Origin: Dudresnaya verticillata
Lineage: Eukaryota
Direction of reading: 5' to 3'
NCBI GenBank assembly: GCA_977862235.1
Contig: OZ374562.1
Location: 1,922,001 to 1,986,000 of the forward strand
Length of the DNA: 64,000 nucleotides
Shown: positions 35,941-46,708 of the stretch, piece by piece
How positions within the stretch are numbered: position 1 is the stretch's first letter
How the letters are laid out: each line of letters begins with the position of its first letter
Translations under genes and position numbers: made by a program
Notes under the pieces: generated by a model
Told to the model about the DNA's origin: nothing
Database searches by the model: none
What the model saw: only the letters and a program-made list of their open reading frames with translations

Positions 35941-37304
35941 AACACCAACCGGCTCGAAGCCCTTCGCTCCTCCTCATAACCCCTCGGCGGGGCGCCTCGC
36001 GCTTGAGGAGGGGGCCGCAGGCATTCGTTGCCTTTTTGCAAAGGAAATCGATGCCTCACCCTACCCTGCACTGGGCACCGAGCCCAGACAGGTCACCCTT
36101 GCGCCAGCAGCAGCGGCAGTAGCGCAAGAGGGGGCAGCAGAACGCTGATTCCGGCGCATCGATGCGCGGAGGGCAGCTGCCAGCTAACCAAGCCTGCGGC
36201 AGCGGCCCCGGGCTGGTTGCACGCACTCGCAAGCGGCGAGGAGACGCAGACGGTACCTCGCCTTCGCGCGTGACAGGCGTCGACGCCTCACGCACGCAAG
36301 GTAAGGGGCGCTGACCAGCGGCTACCGAAGCCGCTCACCAGCGCCGCGCACGCGGCGCTACCGTCGCTCACTCCAGGCAACCCTACGCGCCAGCCGCAGC
36401 GGCTGCTGAGCGAGGAGAGGTCACACCAGCGTTAGTGCGGAGCGGGCGCGTCGACGCGCCCAAGGCCGTCGCTGTCGAAGCGAAGTGGTGTGGGACAAAG
36501 GGCAGCGGCCCGATCGCCACTTCACTCGGGTGCACCGGAGTGCCGTTGCACTCGATGTGCAACGGCACCCCAAAAGCGAGCGTCACTTTTGGCGTGCGCC
36601 TCGGCGCGGGGCGCACGCAGCGCATCGAGCGCGAAAAGGGTTCCGGCTACAGTACGTACTGTAGCCGCGGGTCGGGAAACACCCAACCAGGCCAGCGGGC
36701 CGGAAGGCAACAGCCAATGCAAGGGGTTGCGAAAAATCCACAGCCAACGATTGGCTATAATTTGGGCGCAAACCGCCTCCCGGTGGGAGCAACAGCAGCG
36801 GCTGATCGAGCAGCCAGAAGCGGCGCGCCGCCGGCAAGTGGGTGCGAGGCAGCGGCCTCGCCAAAGCTAGCCGTCGCGGCACCAGGCGTCCAAGACGGGC
36901 GCGCAAGGGCAGCCACTGTGGTCTCCCCCATGCCAAGGCGGCATGCCGCGCAGCGGCGCCGGGGCACCACATGGGATCGGCACGCTTGCCTATTGCCCCT
37001 GAGCAGCGGCTCACGCAAGCCCCGCACCGAGACGACCGCTGTCGTGACGCAGTGGCGACGCACGCGGGCTCGATGCGCGCGCGCGCGCAGCACTCACCTT
37101 GGGCAGCGGTCCGACGTGGTGAGCTGCTGCGCCAGCGAACGCTCTCGCCACAAATAGGTTCGCATCGACGCGGCCCGAAGCCATATCCCACCCCTTTCCC
37201 TTTTAACATGTCTAACGACGCAGCGGCGTAACTGGACTAAAAGGCGCAGCGGCGCTCTAATCGCTGGGTGCCGCGGCACCCGCGGATACTATGCGTCGAT
37301 CGCA
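35941..37304 (+). repeat. Hairpin-rich non-coding array of alternating GCAGCGGC and GCRTCGAYGC motifs (~100-nt period)
   Basis: GCAGCGG(C) at 36110, 36199, 36396, 36502, 36795, 36849, 36950, 37003, 37103, 37220 and 37246; TCGA palindromes at 36156, 36277, 36448, 37162 and others. Confidence 0.65.
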
Positions 37305-40207
37305 CTATTGGGCAACGTTGACCCCGGCCCCCGCTTCCGGCTGAGCAGTCATCGACGACGCACAGCCAGGAGCGAAGGGGTCATAACCGGTCGCCTCGGC
37401 CGCAGCGCGCGGCTGAGTTAGCGCGGCAGCGCCCGCCGCGGTACCCGACGCGTGGTACACCGCAGCGGCGCCAGCGGCAGCGGCCACTAACCCAGCAGGG
37501 CTCACTTGCCCCACTGGGGGACCATACCCCTGCGGCATGTAGCCCGGGGGGACGGGCGCAGCGGCGCCCGGCTGCTGTGGGACTCCACTGCCCTGCACCA
37601 CCATTGACGGGGTGTAGCCGGAAGGGCCCCAGGGGAGCATCTGGCCAGCGGGCCCGACGGCATAAGGTAGCATCGGTTGCTGCGCAGCCTGCGCTGGCGC
37701 ATAGGACGGCATCGGCTGCTGCGTCGGCGCCAGCATCGGGGGCGGCTGGTACTCCTCTCGTGGCCGCTTCCGAGGGACCCGACGACTGGGGATGAATGGG
37801 CAGCGCGCCTCAACTCTCCCTGCAGTCGTTGCGCATCGTGCGCAAACCTGTCCCGCTCGGTGCGGTAGCGAAGGGCGATGGCGTTCGCAGCGGCGAGCTC
37901 GTCATGCGTTCCCGTTAGATGGGCCGCAAAGGCGGCAACGAGGGTGCGCAGCGGCGCTTCCTCACCGAACTGTACCAGTGCAGCGGCGCGGCGTACATTT
38001 TGGTCGCTCCAGAGGCTCGCTGCCATCGGCACATCGAGCGCATCGGTTGTGGGCGGCGGCACATAGGCAGCCACCGCCATCGATGGCGGTGGGCCATACC
38101 TCACCGCCTGCCTCGACGGCGTATAGGCAACGGGCAGCGGGTCGACTGCTGCCTGCTTCTCCTGACCTCAGTCCATGGCAGCGGCCGGGGGAGGTGGTGC
38201 CACAGCTCGAGGTGCTGGTGCCGCGGCACGCGGCACCGGTGGCAAGTAGGGCTCGGCCTCCGAGGCCATAACGGCAGCGGCCGACTTGGAAGCCCCACCT
38301 AGGCCCCGACGGGCGCGCGGCTTAGCGGCCCGCTCGACGCGGGCCATGTCCGCCATCGAGGCGTAGCCACGATCCTTCCGCGGCGCGCGTGCGCGTTGGA
38401 TCTTGTGAAAGGTCCCCGCCACTGGGTTGACCCCGCAAATGAACGCATCGACGCGTGTTGCAAAGTGGCGGCGACGGGTGTGCTTCTCTCTGGCAGCGGC
38501 CACGAAGCGCGTCGTGTTCAGCAGCTGCTTTAACTCGAACGTCACCGAAGTGTTGTCCGGGCCTGCCGCGCCTCGGAGGCGTGGGAAGCCCGGGCGCCCG
38601 CTGCGCCACAGTACATCGAGGTACACCAAAATGCGGTCGTCGAGGACCCAGCAAATATCCTTCGATAGGATGTCGGAGGCGTAGCGACGCCCCACCTCAA
38701 AGGCATACTCGTCGGAGCGCCTAGCGAGGAGCTCTCGACGAACTGCCTCCTTTCCCGCCGCGGCGTAGTGGAAATATCGCTCGATGCTGGGCCACGGGAC
38801 GATCATGCCAGCGGGCACGTCCCGGTGCGAGTACCACTCCGCGGAGGGAAACCACGACGCGTCGAGCGCCGGGTGCAAGCGGGCACCCGTGGTGATGAGC
38901 CCATCACCGGGGGCGCGGCAGGTGGCCCAGTCCCGCTCCCCCATGCACAGCCCGAGGATGCGGCGGGCGCAGTTGGCATCGGCCAGACCGCGCGCCTCCT
39001 CCGGCGTCTCCTCGATGGGGACGTCCCTCAACCAATCCAACGAGGCCGCGAGGGGCTTGTGGGACCCATCGACGGGTTTCACAAAGAGGGCTTCGGCGCC
39101 CTTATCCACGATCAGCAGCTGCTTGATCGTGGTGACGAACGAAACGTCACACGGTAGGCCGTTCGGTACGAGCCATACCGGCGATGCGGGCATGAAGGCG
39201 TTGTTGGCAGCGGCCCCGCCATCGTCGCTCGCATCTGCCACGCGCAGGAGACGTTGGACGTCAATCCTTTGCACGGGCAACCGACGTCACTGGTCCAGCG
39301 GGATCTGGTGGGGCGGTGCCTCCCACGCGAAGACAGTGGGAGGCAATGCGGCTGCATTGGGCACCGCGACACCGAGTCGCTGGGGCCCAATGGTCAGAGA
39401 CACCCCTCGCATGGTGATCACCGGCAGAGGGGGAGCCATGGCAGCGGCCGATGACGACTCAATGGCAGCGGCCACGCTTGTGCCAGGGGCGGCCGACGCC
39501 CCTGCTCCGGGGTCGCCTTGCGCCGATGCGCTGAGGCCCCGGCGGGGCACGAATGGAGCCGCAGCGGGCGGCATCCTGCTCCCCCTTGACGCGGAGGCCG
39601 TCGACGACCCCGTCAGATCAAGGGCACGAGCCACGGGTGGCGCATCGACGCGCGGAGCAGCAAAGGGCACAGCGACTGGAGCCGCCTCCTCTGGGCATGG
39701 GGCGGCAGCGGCCGCCCCACTCCGGTCCAAGCCACCCAAACCTCGCAGCGGCGTGTCTTGGGTGGTCACCTCGACCTCCTCGTAGCTCGGCAGAGGTCGT
39801 GTAGCCTTACCCCGGGCCAGCGCAGCGGCTGCTGGCTCCGGAGGCACTCGGGCGGGAGACGTGTCAACCGCAGCGGCGGGACGCATCTCCGATGTCTTAG
39901 CGGGCGCAGCGGCGCCCGCTCCAATTTGGTCAGCAGCTGCTGGACCAATATGCGCAGCGGCGCCGACCCCAGCCGCCGGAGCAGCAGCGAGGCCACTGGG
40001 CACCGAAGCCGCCACCGCAGCGGGCGGTGGGCATGGCAGCGCAGCGGCGCTTGCCCCCAGCGCATCCTGCGCCTGGGGTTGTGGGGCATCTGCCACCGCT
40101 TCCGCCGGTGCAGCCGTCGATGGCGCACCAGCGGGCAGCGACGGCGTGGTTGCGGGCGCCCCTTCGTCAGGGGCGCCCCGGGTGGCAGACGAGCGCGTCT
40201 TGGCCAT
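37305..40207 (-). pseudogene. Antisense accessory protein of chromovirus C (~900-960 codons; two TGA stops, one frameshift); function unknown
   Basis: ORFs 39287-40207, 38168-39280 and 37502-38104 share one frame; Ala/Pro-rich ends and a globular core; candidate TATA (ATATAA, minus) at 40371-40376. Confidence 0.75.
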
Positions 40208-40489
40208 ACCGCACGTCGACGTGGGCACTCGCTTCGAGCGAAGGGGGCGGAGAAGGCGTAGCACGATACACACACGACAGCGGTCACTGGTGTGCTGAAG
40301 CGTGTGGGCGAAGGGGGGATCGTGGAGAGCGATACCCGCAACCTCCCCAGCGCCGACTCCGCGTTGATCCTTATATGCGCAGCGGCGCAGACGGGCGGGC
40401 ACGCGCATACACCGTCGACGGGCGCGCGTGCCAATCACTGTCAACGGCCACTCGGGATTTCCATCGTGGCCCCGGGAAACCTCAACGGC

Positions 40490-43135
40490 CGATATAGGGA
40501 CGCAGGGTTGTGATCGACCACACCACTGCAAAGCACTCGCGCTCCGTGGCCGAGTAGTTTCGCTCCGCTGAGCTTAGTGAGTAAGACCAGTACCCAACGG
40601 GGTGTAACTGGCCGTCCTCTTGCTCCTGGAGCAGGGCGCATCCGAGCTGGTACGCCGATGCGTCCGTGTCGAGGACGTACGGCTTGCCCTCGCGCGGGAG
40701 CCGTAGGATAGGAGGCGATAAGAGTGTCGCTCGCAGCGTCTCGAATGCCTCTAGCGCCGCTGCGCTTGGATTATCGAAATCCACATCCGCATCCTTGCGG
40801 GTCATATCCGTCAGCGGACGAGCGATCTTCGCGAAGTTCCTGACGAAGCGGCCGTAAACGTTACACGCCCCGAGGAACGACCTCACCTTCGTTAGGGAAG
40901 TCGGGAACTGCGCATGGCGGAACGCGTCGATGCTTGTCTTCGCCATGCGTAGTTTCCCCGGCTCGATCACGTGACCGAGGTAGTCCACGCGGGACTGGAA
41001 GAAGTGGCACTTCTTCAGCTTCAGGGACACGCCGCCCTTGCGAAGCGGAGTCAGCACGCGGTCTAGGTGACCGACGTGCTCCGCGATCGACCGCGAGAAT
41101 ATGATCACATCATCGAGATAGATCAAACAACACTGCCATCTACCTCCGCTGAGTATGATGTCCAGTGCACGCTGGAAAGTCGCGGGGGCCCTCTTCAGTC
41201 AGAAGGGCATCCGCAGGTAGCGGAACGTCCCTAGGAACGTCGTGAACGTGGTCTTATCCCTGTCAGACGCTGCGACAGGGATTTGCCAGTACCCCGCGTT
41301 ACAATCCAGCGTGGAGAAAATGGCAGCGTCGCCAAGACTGTCGATACAGTCATCCATGCGTGGGAGTGGGTACGCATCGCTCAGGGTTTTGGTGTTAAGA
41401 CGTCGATAGTCCACGCAAAACCTGAGCGTGCCATCCTTCTTGGGCGCCAGAACGACTGGCGATGCCCACTCCGACGTGGCGGGTTCGATTACCCCTGCCC
41501 GCAGCATGGTCTCGACCTCGTTCTGTACGAGCTTCCGCATAGCGGGGCCCTGTCGATAGGGCATTGAGCGAATCGGCCGCGTGCCGGGTTCCACGTCGAT
41601 GTAGTGTTGCGTAGCGGCAATCGTGCCGAGCGTCCCGTCCCACATGGACTGATGCTTCCGAAGCATGGTGAGGACTTCTTCGCGGGTGACCTTGTCTTCG
41701 ATAGACGAAAGGTCCACCTGCGACTCCCACTCCTCGACGGACTCGCTTTTCTCCGCCGCTGCGGTCGCTGCTCCTTGGAGCTTTGTGGGCTCGGGGCCCC
41801 TTGCCATCGACGGCGTGACTGGGGGGTCGTTGCTCCCCTTACCCCTGGGCCGCTGCCCTTTGGGGGGAAGGGTGGTGATATTCATCACCCTTCCGAACTC
41901 CTCCGCGACGTCGCGGTCCGGGGTTATTAGGGCGACTGGGTTGCGGACCGCATAGCCGACCACGGTACCCTTCGGTAGGGTCCGGGCCTTGTCAGTCCAG
42001 TTGCCCAAGATAACCCCGAAGGGTCGCCCCGACTCGATGTCGTGCACCCCGTTGGTCAGTCTCACGCCGTGGCGGAACTGCAACGAGGGTTTGGGCTCCG
42101 TGTGGACTAACCCACTAGCCCCCGACGTCACCGAGACGAGCCTCTGCGAGTAGGCTGGGACAACCACCTGCCTAGCGAGGCGTATGGTGTGGGTATCATG
42201 ATCCCAGTCGAGGAGCTCCCGCTGGTGCTTCTTCGACAAACCCTTCGATGGGTTCTTCGGCTGCGTTGCCGGACCGGTTCCCTCGCTAGGTTCCTGCGGC
42301 TGAGAATGGGCACCGAGCCTCCTTTCCTCAGCGTCAGCCTTCTCAACTCGACGTCGATTCCGCGCACGTGCGTGTTGATAAACTGCGTGCCTATCAGTAC
42401 GTCGACCGCGAGCGTGTCGGCGACGATGAAAGGCACGCGGAACGTCGTGTTCCCTAACCTCATCGAGAGGTGGACGACGGCGGACAGCCTCAGCGGAGTC
42501 TTGTCGGCGCCTGCCAGGCGTGGCGCGGAGTCGATCTCTGACGCGTTTTCCTCCCAGCCTGCGGGCAGGGCACCTCGAGCGATGAGGTTGTACCCGGAGC
42601 CAGTGTCCACCGCGATGGTATCATAACCCGCGGGTCCGCACCGAGGGACCCGGACACTCGGTAAATCTCGGAGGACAGGAGGCATACGTACCCATCGGGG
42701 GTAGTGGCCGGCTCTGCGTCGATGCGTGGAGCCCCGGTACCCTCGCGTCGAGCGTCGGGTACCGCCTGTCCCGCCGTTGGGGAGCTGCGCCCTTTCCGCC
42801 TGGCCTGTCGCTTGCGTCGACGCCGCGGCGGCCAGGGTGGTTTGGTACGCGTCGCCCACGACGTCCCGTCGACCGCGACGTCGCTCGTGTCCTTCGAAGC
42901 GCCGCTGCGCTCGACGTGGGGGCTCGCTGCCCCCAACGCCGTCGAAGGTGGAAGGGATGGTGGGTCTGGTGTTGGACAAGACGGTGCGCGCGACCGCACG
43001 AGCGGCGCCGCCTTTATTCTTTTTCCGGATCGACCCGGTCAGAAATATCATCGGAATCCGAACTTTCGTGCTCGATTCCGATTGGGTGTTTCGTAACCCC
43101 TGAGGCGCCTCGCATCGATCGCGGAGGCGTGTCAA
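40490..43135 (-). pseudogene. pol: aspartic protease, reverse transcriptase and RNase H (frameshifted, cut in RNase H)
   Basis: VDTGSG; WASPVVLAPKKDGTLRFCVDYRRLN; YLDD; LDTDASAYQLG; ERNYSATERE. Confidence 0.95.
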
Positions 43136-45440
43136 AAAGGAGAGGGGAATCGCTTCCCTGCCCGCTGGCTGTCTCTCCCTTGTGCCGCGCGTCGAGCGCT
43201 TGCGGAAGCCACTCGTCGGCGGTGAGGCCTGTGTGCTCCTGCACCGTCATAACTGATCGGAGCAGTTCGCGGCGCGGGTCAGCCCTCGGAGGCGTCGATG
43301 CCTGAGGTTGACGGCCAGCGGGCTCATCAAAGCCGACCCGCTTATCGCGCAGCAGGAACCGTGGTGCGTCGCCTTGGCGGTACTCGCGGCGTGGGTCTCG
43401 ACGATCCCCGCGGTACCCCTGCGGCTCTCCGCGGTACCTTGGTGCATCCATGCGCTGCGGGGGACCTCTCGCGTCGAAGCGTCGGTCCCCACCCCGCGGC
43501 GCGTCGTAGCGCCGCGCGGGGTTCCTTGTCCTTGCGCCCGCTGGCGCGCGCTCGTCGATGAGCTGTTGGAGCATATTGCGCGAATGCGGCTGCGTTTCCA
43601 TTCGATGGTTGCAGTTCGCATACGCGCAGTACGTCTGCTGTTCCTTCGTGAGGTACGGGCACGAATACATGATGTGCCCGACCTCACGGCAGAACCAGCA
43701 GATGTACCATCCCTGTCGATCAGGGATGACTGCGCGTGCCATCGCCTCCTGCGTTGGAGTGAGCGGTGGTATGCGCTTGGGTAGGACTGCGTCGATGCGT
43801 CCTGTAATGTCGAGAGTCTCGACGGCCTCGGCCGACCCGGCTGTCGATAGCGCGGGTGCGACCATCACGGGTTCGAACCCGTCGGCGTCAGGGTCCACCA
43901 GCATTGTGCTGTTGATAGCAACGTCCCCGCTGGGATAGCTTGGTGGGCCCTCGATGAGCAGTGTACGGCCGCTTGCCGAGCTGCCACCTGACCTGCCGCG
44001 CCCCGAGGTGTTCGTAGGCTGCGCTGCCTTTGCCGAACGGGCGCGGTAGGTTGTGCCCTCGCTATGGGCAATCCGACGAACGGTACTAAAATTGGTCTGT
44101 TCGACCATAGGCAGCTGCCTGACCTTCTCCGCCACTGCGGGTCTTGTCGTGGGCAGCAGGCCCCGAAGGAACGGATGCGTCAAGTTCTCATCGGAGTACA
44201 CGCCAGCGCAGGCGTCCGCATACCCTTCGAGGCGACTAGCAAACTCAAGCTCGGACTCGGCGTCCCTCTGCTTGGCGGTGGTCAGCCGGTCATGGGCGTC
44301 TGCGATGACGTCGTCCGTGACGAACCTCTCGACGAGGGTATTGACCACCGAGGCCCAGCAGGGTGGGGTGCCGCGCTGCGTTGTGCGCATCCCAGAGAAC
44401 AGGTGACTCCAGTACACCTGCGACGCGGTTCCATCGAGGAACCAGGACACCACACGCGCCGCTGCGCCTTCGGATAGTCCAACGCCATTGAATGCTTGGC
44501 GTAGCTGTTGAAGCACACTAAGCAGGCGAATCGGCTCCTTGCCGTCGAACCGGTCGAGCCGGGGCATCAGGGCCTTCATGCGGCTGATAATCTTCGCAGT
44601 GTTGCCGCTGCACACCTGCTGTTGATTGTCCCGCTGATCTACGTCATCGAGACGGTACGAGCGGTAGTCGATCGCCTTAGCGAACTCTGGCACCAACGTG
44701 GTTAAAGGCTCGATGCCTGCCATGAGTGGGCCCCAATGCCAATAGGCAGAGACGGGGCCCTCGTGCTGTTGGGGGGTCGGTCCCCCCTTTGTGTTTTGCC
44801 CGTCGAGGGCTTGTTGGAGCAACCTGGGGTCGACCCCGTAGAACGGATTGGGGTCCCGACTCGGATGGTGCGACCCCGCCGCACTCCTTGGTGGAGATGG
44901 CGGTGGTGAAGGAAAGCGATGCCGGGCTCGTTGCTCGGCAAGTATGGCAGCGGCCAATTCTTGAACTGCACCCGCTGGTGACTGCGGTCGCGGAGTAGAG
45001 CGCTGCGCCGACGACGGGCCTGTAACCCGCTGGCGTTGCCGCGTCGGCGCGCGCTCTATCAACTCAACGCGGCGGCGTAGCTCATCGAGGAGCCCCTGTG
45101 ACCGGGTTATTCCGTCCTCGATGGACGCCAAAGGACCGCGTCGAAGCGTGTCCAGGTCTTGCTGGCCGTCGGCCTTCGCCTCAGCTATCGAAGCTGTAAG
45201 GTGGTCGTACACCTCGGCTAGCGAGTCCATGGTCTCCTCATACAGCAGCTGGAGGTCGGCCACCGAGACCAGACTCCCGGCGAGGGCCTTTTGCAGCGCG
45301 GCCCTCCGCTCGAGCCTCACATCGTGTAGAGGAGTACCTGAGACGCCGATGGTACTCAGTATTGAGGTGCGACGCGTCGCGTACTCAACTTTTCCGGCAG
45401 CGGCCGATGCGGCAGCGGCCGGGTCAGGAGGACTCGACAT
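43014..45440 (-). CDS. gag: Gag polyprotein (808 aa)
   Basis: Follows LTR and PBS; FDGKEP...; Q...ES...FASRL; CWFCREVGHIMYSC zinc knuckle. Confidence 0.88.
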   Translation of the reverse strand: MSSPPDPAAAASAAAGKVEYATRRTSILSTIGVSGTPLHDVRLERRAALQKALAGSLVSVADLQLLYEETMDSLAEVYDHLTASIAEAKADGQQDLDTLRRGPLASIEDGITRSQGLLDELRRRVELIERAPTRQRQRVTGPSSAQRSTPRPQSPAGAVQELAAAILAEQRARHRFPSPPPSPPRSAAGSHHPSRDPNPFYGVDPRLLQQALDGQNTKGGPTPQQHEGPVSAYWHWGPLMAGIEPLTTLVPEFAKAIDYRSYRLDDVDQRDNQQQVCSGNTAKIISRMKALMPRLDRFDGKEPIRLLSVLQQLRQAFNGVGLSEGAAARVVSWFLDGTASQVYWSHLFSGMRTTQRGTPPCWASVVNTLVERFVTDDVIADAHDRLTTAKQRDAESELEFASRLEGYADACAGVYSDENLTHPFLRGLLPTTRPAVAEKVRQLPMVEQTNFSTVRRIAHSEGTTYRARSAKAAQPTNTSGRGRSGGSSASGRTLLIEGPPSYPSGDVAINSTMLVDPDADGFEPVMVAPALSTAGSAEAVETLDITGRIDAVLPKRIPPLTPTQEAMARAVIPDRQGWYICWFCREVGHIMYSCPYLTKEQQTYCAYANCNHRMETQPHSRNMLQQLIDERAPAGARTRNPARRYDAPRGGDRRFDARGPPQRMDAPRYRGEPQGYRGDRRDPRREYRQGDAPRFLLRDKRVGFDEPAGRQPQASTPPRADPRRELLRSVMTVQEHTGLTADEWLPQALDARHKGETASGQGSDSPLLFDTPPRSMRGASGVTKHPIGIEHESSDSDDISDRVDPEKE

Positions 45441-45493
45441 CCTTTACTTCGATCGCGTCGATGCGAGAAGTACTTGGGTCTCGACGACTTCTA

Positions 45494-45506
45494 GGTCGGG
45501 AGACCA
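45494..45506 (-). other. Primer binding site (TGGTCTCCCGACC)
   Basis: TGG-initiated sequence 1 nt after the 5' LTR end; cognate tRNA not identified. Confidence 0.65.
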
Positions 45507-45507
45507 G

Positions 45508-46281
45508 TGTAGTATAGACGTCGGGTCGATCCGACGTCTGATACTTGCTGGTCCGAAGCCGCCACACAGACCCGTCGATGGGTAGCTGTTGGGGTTGGTA
45601 GAGCGGTGTCGGCCGCGTGCGCCCCGCAGGTGCCGATCGACGGCGTCGATGCCGGAGCGCGCACGGGGCGTACCGTACGCGGGTAGGCAGCGGCCGGATT
45701 CCAGCGTCCCTGTCGAAGGGCGGCACGAAGCCGACGGAAAAGAAAAGGAAAGGGGAAAGCCTAGCGAGGCAAGGGTAAAAGGGGAAACCGCCCGCTGGCG
45801 TAAGGAAAAGGGATCGAACCCGAAAAGGCTGGGGGCAAGCTTCAGCGCGAGCTGTTGCTTGCCCGGTTTACTGAGCCGTCGATGGCCGACGGTCTTAAAT
45901 ACCCTACACTATGTGCACTACGACTACTTCTACAGTAGGTGCGCCCCTCAACACCAACGCGGGAGGTGTGCGAGCGCGCGCCCATACACGTGTCGACACG
46001 TCCGGGTAACGGTTAGCCGTGGGCGCGCGCGGGGCGTAACGGGCAGCGGCCCTCTCAACAGCTCGATGCCGGAGAGCGTCACAGGGGCGCGCCGTGTGTG
46101 GCACGGCGCGCGGCCGCTGCCGGCAGCAATGCGGTCGACCGCTACTACTTCAACGAAAAAACTAAGGGCACGCTGCCCAATCACGACTCGCCAGCGGGCG
46201 TCATCGTGTGCACCATTACAGTGCGGCGCGGCCAGCATACCTTACAGCCGCTGCTGATAGTGTGCTGACTGATATACTACA
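45508..46281 (-). repeat. 5' LTR, family C (774 bp)
   Basis: TG...CA termini, followed by PBS and gag. Confidence 0.93.
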
Positions 46282-46708
46282 GTTAGGCTAGTCGCGAACT
46301 GAGCTATCGCGGTGTCGTTAGCGAGATCGACGGTCGCCGACAAGGGGACACGTAAGCTGAGGAAATCAATGGCTGCATGTGTGAGTGTGAGGGCGGTGAA
46401 TGTAGCAGACTTAGAGTCCGTATGCGTAGATGTGGAGGGGGCACGAGGGTTTCTGGCGGAATCGGGCATGTCCAAAACAGAAGCGCCCGAGAACTTCGGA
46501 AAACGAGGACAAGAAAGCGCCAAGAGCGAAGAGAAATAGAACAGAGAGAGTGTGTATTTTACGAAGTTCCGGTCTGTGGAAGTCACCTGAGAGATGTGGT
46601 GGTCTAAAGAGAGAGCTGTGGTGCTGAATCTGGGAGGTGTTGTCAAAGATAACTGTTGTGCGTGAGCTGGGATACTCCAATCCTTACAGTGATACTACTT
46701 TGAGCATT

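Larger units (their letters stand above)
32752..46281 (-). mobile_element. Ty3/Gypsy chromovirus (family C) with an internal inversion (33288 to ~40489) and three LTR copies
   Basis: gag-PR-RT-RH on minus, INT-chromodomain on plus; outer flanks GTCAG / GTTAG (4/5 TSD). Confidence 0.9.

Noticed and set aside
36435..37209. Overlapping 240-aa and 208-aa ORFs
   Set aside because: Low-complexity products of a very GC-rich palindromic region; better explained as a non-coding motif array.
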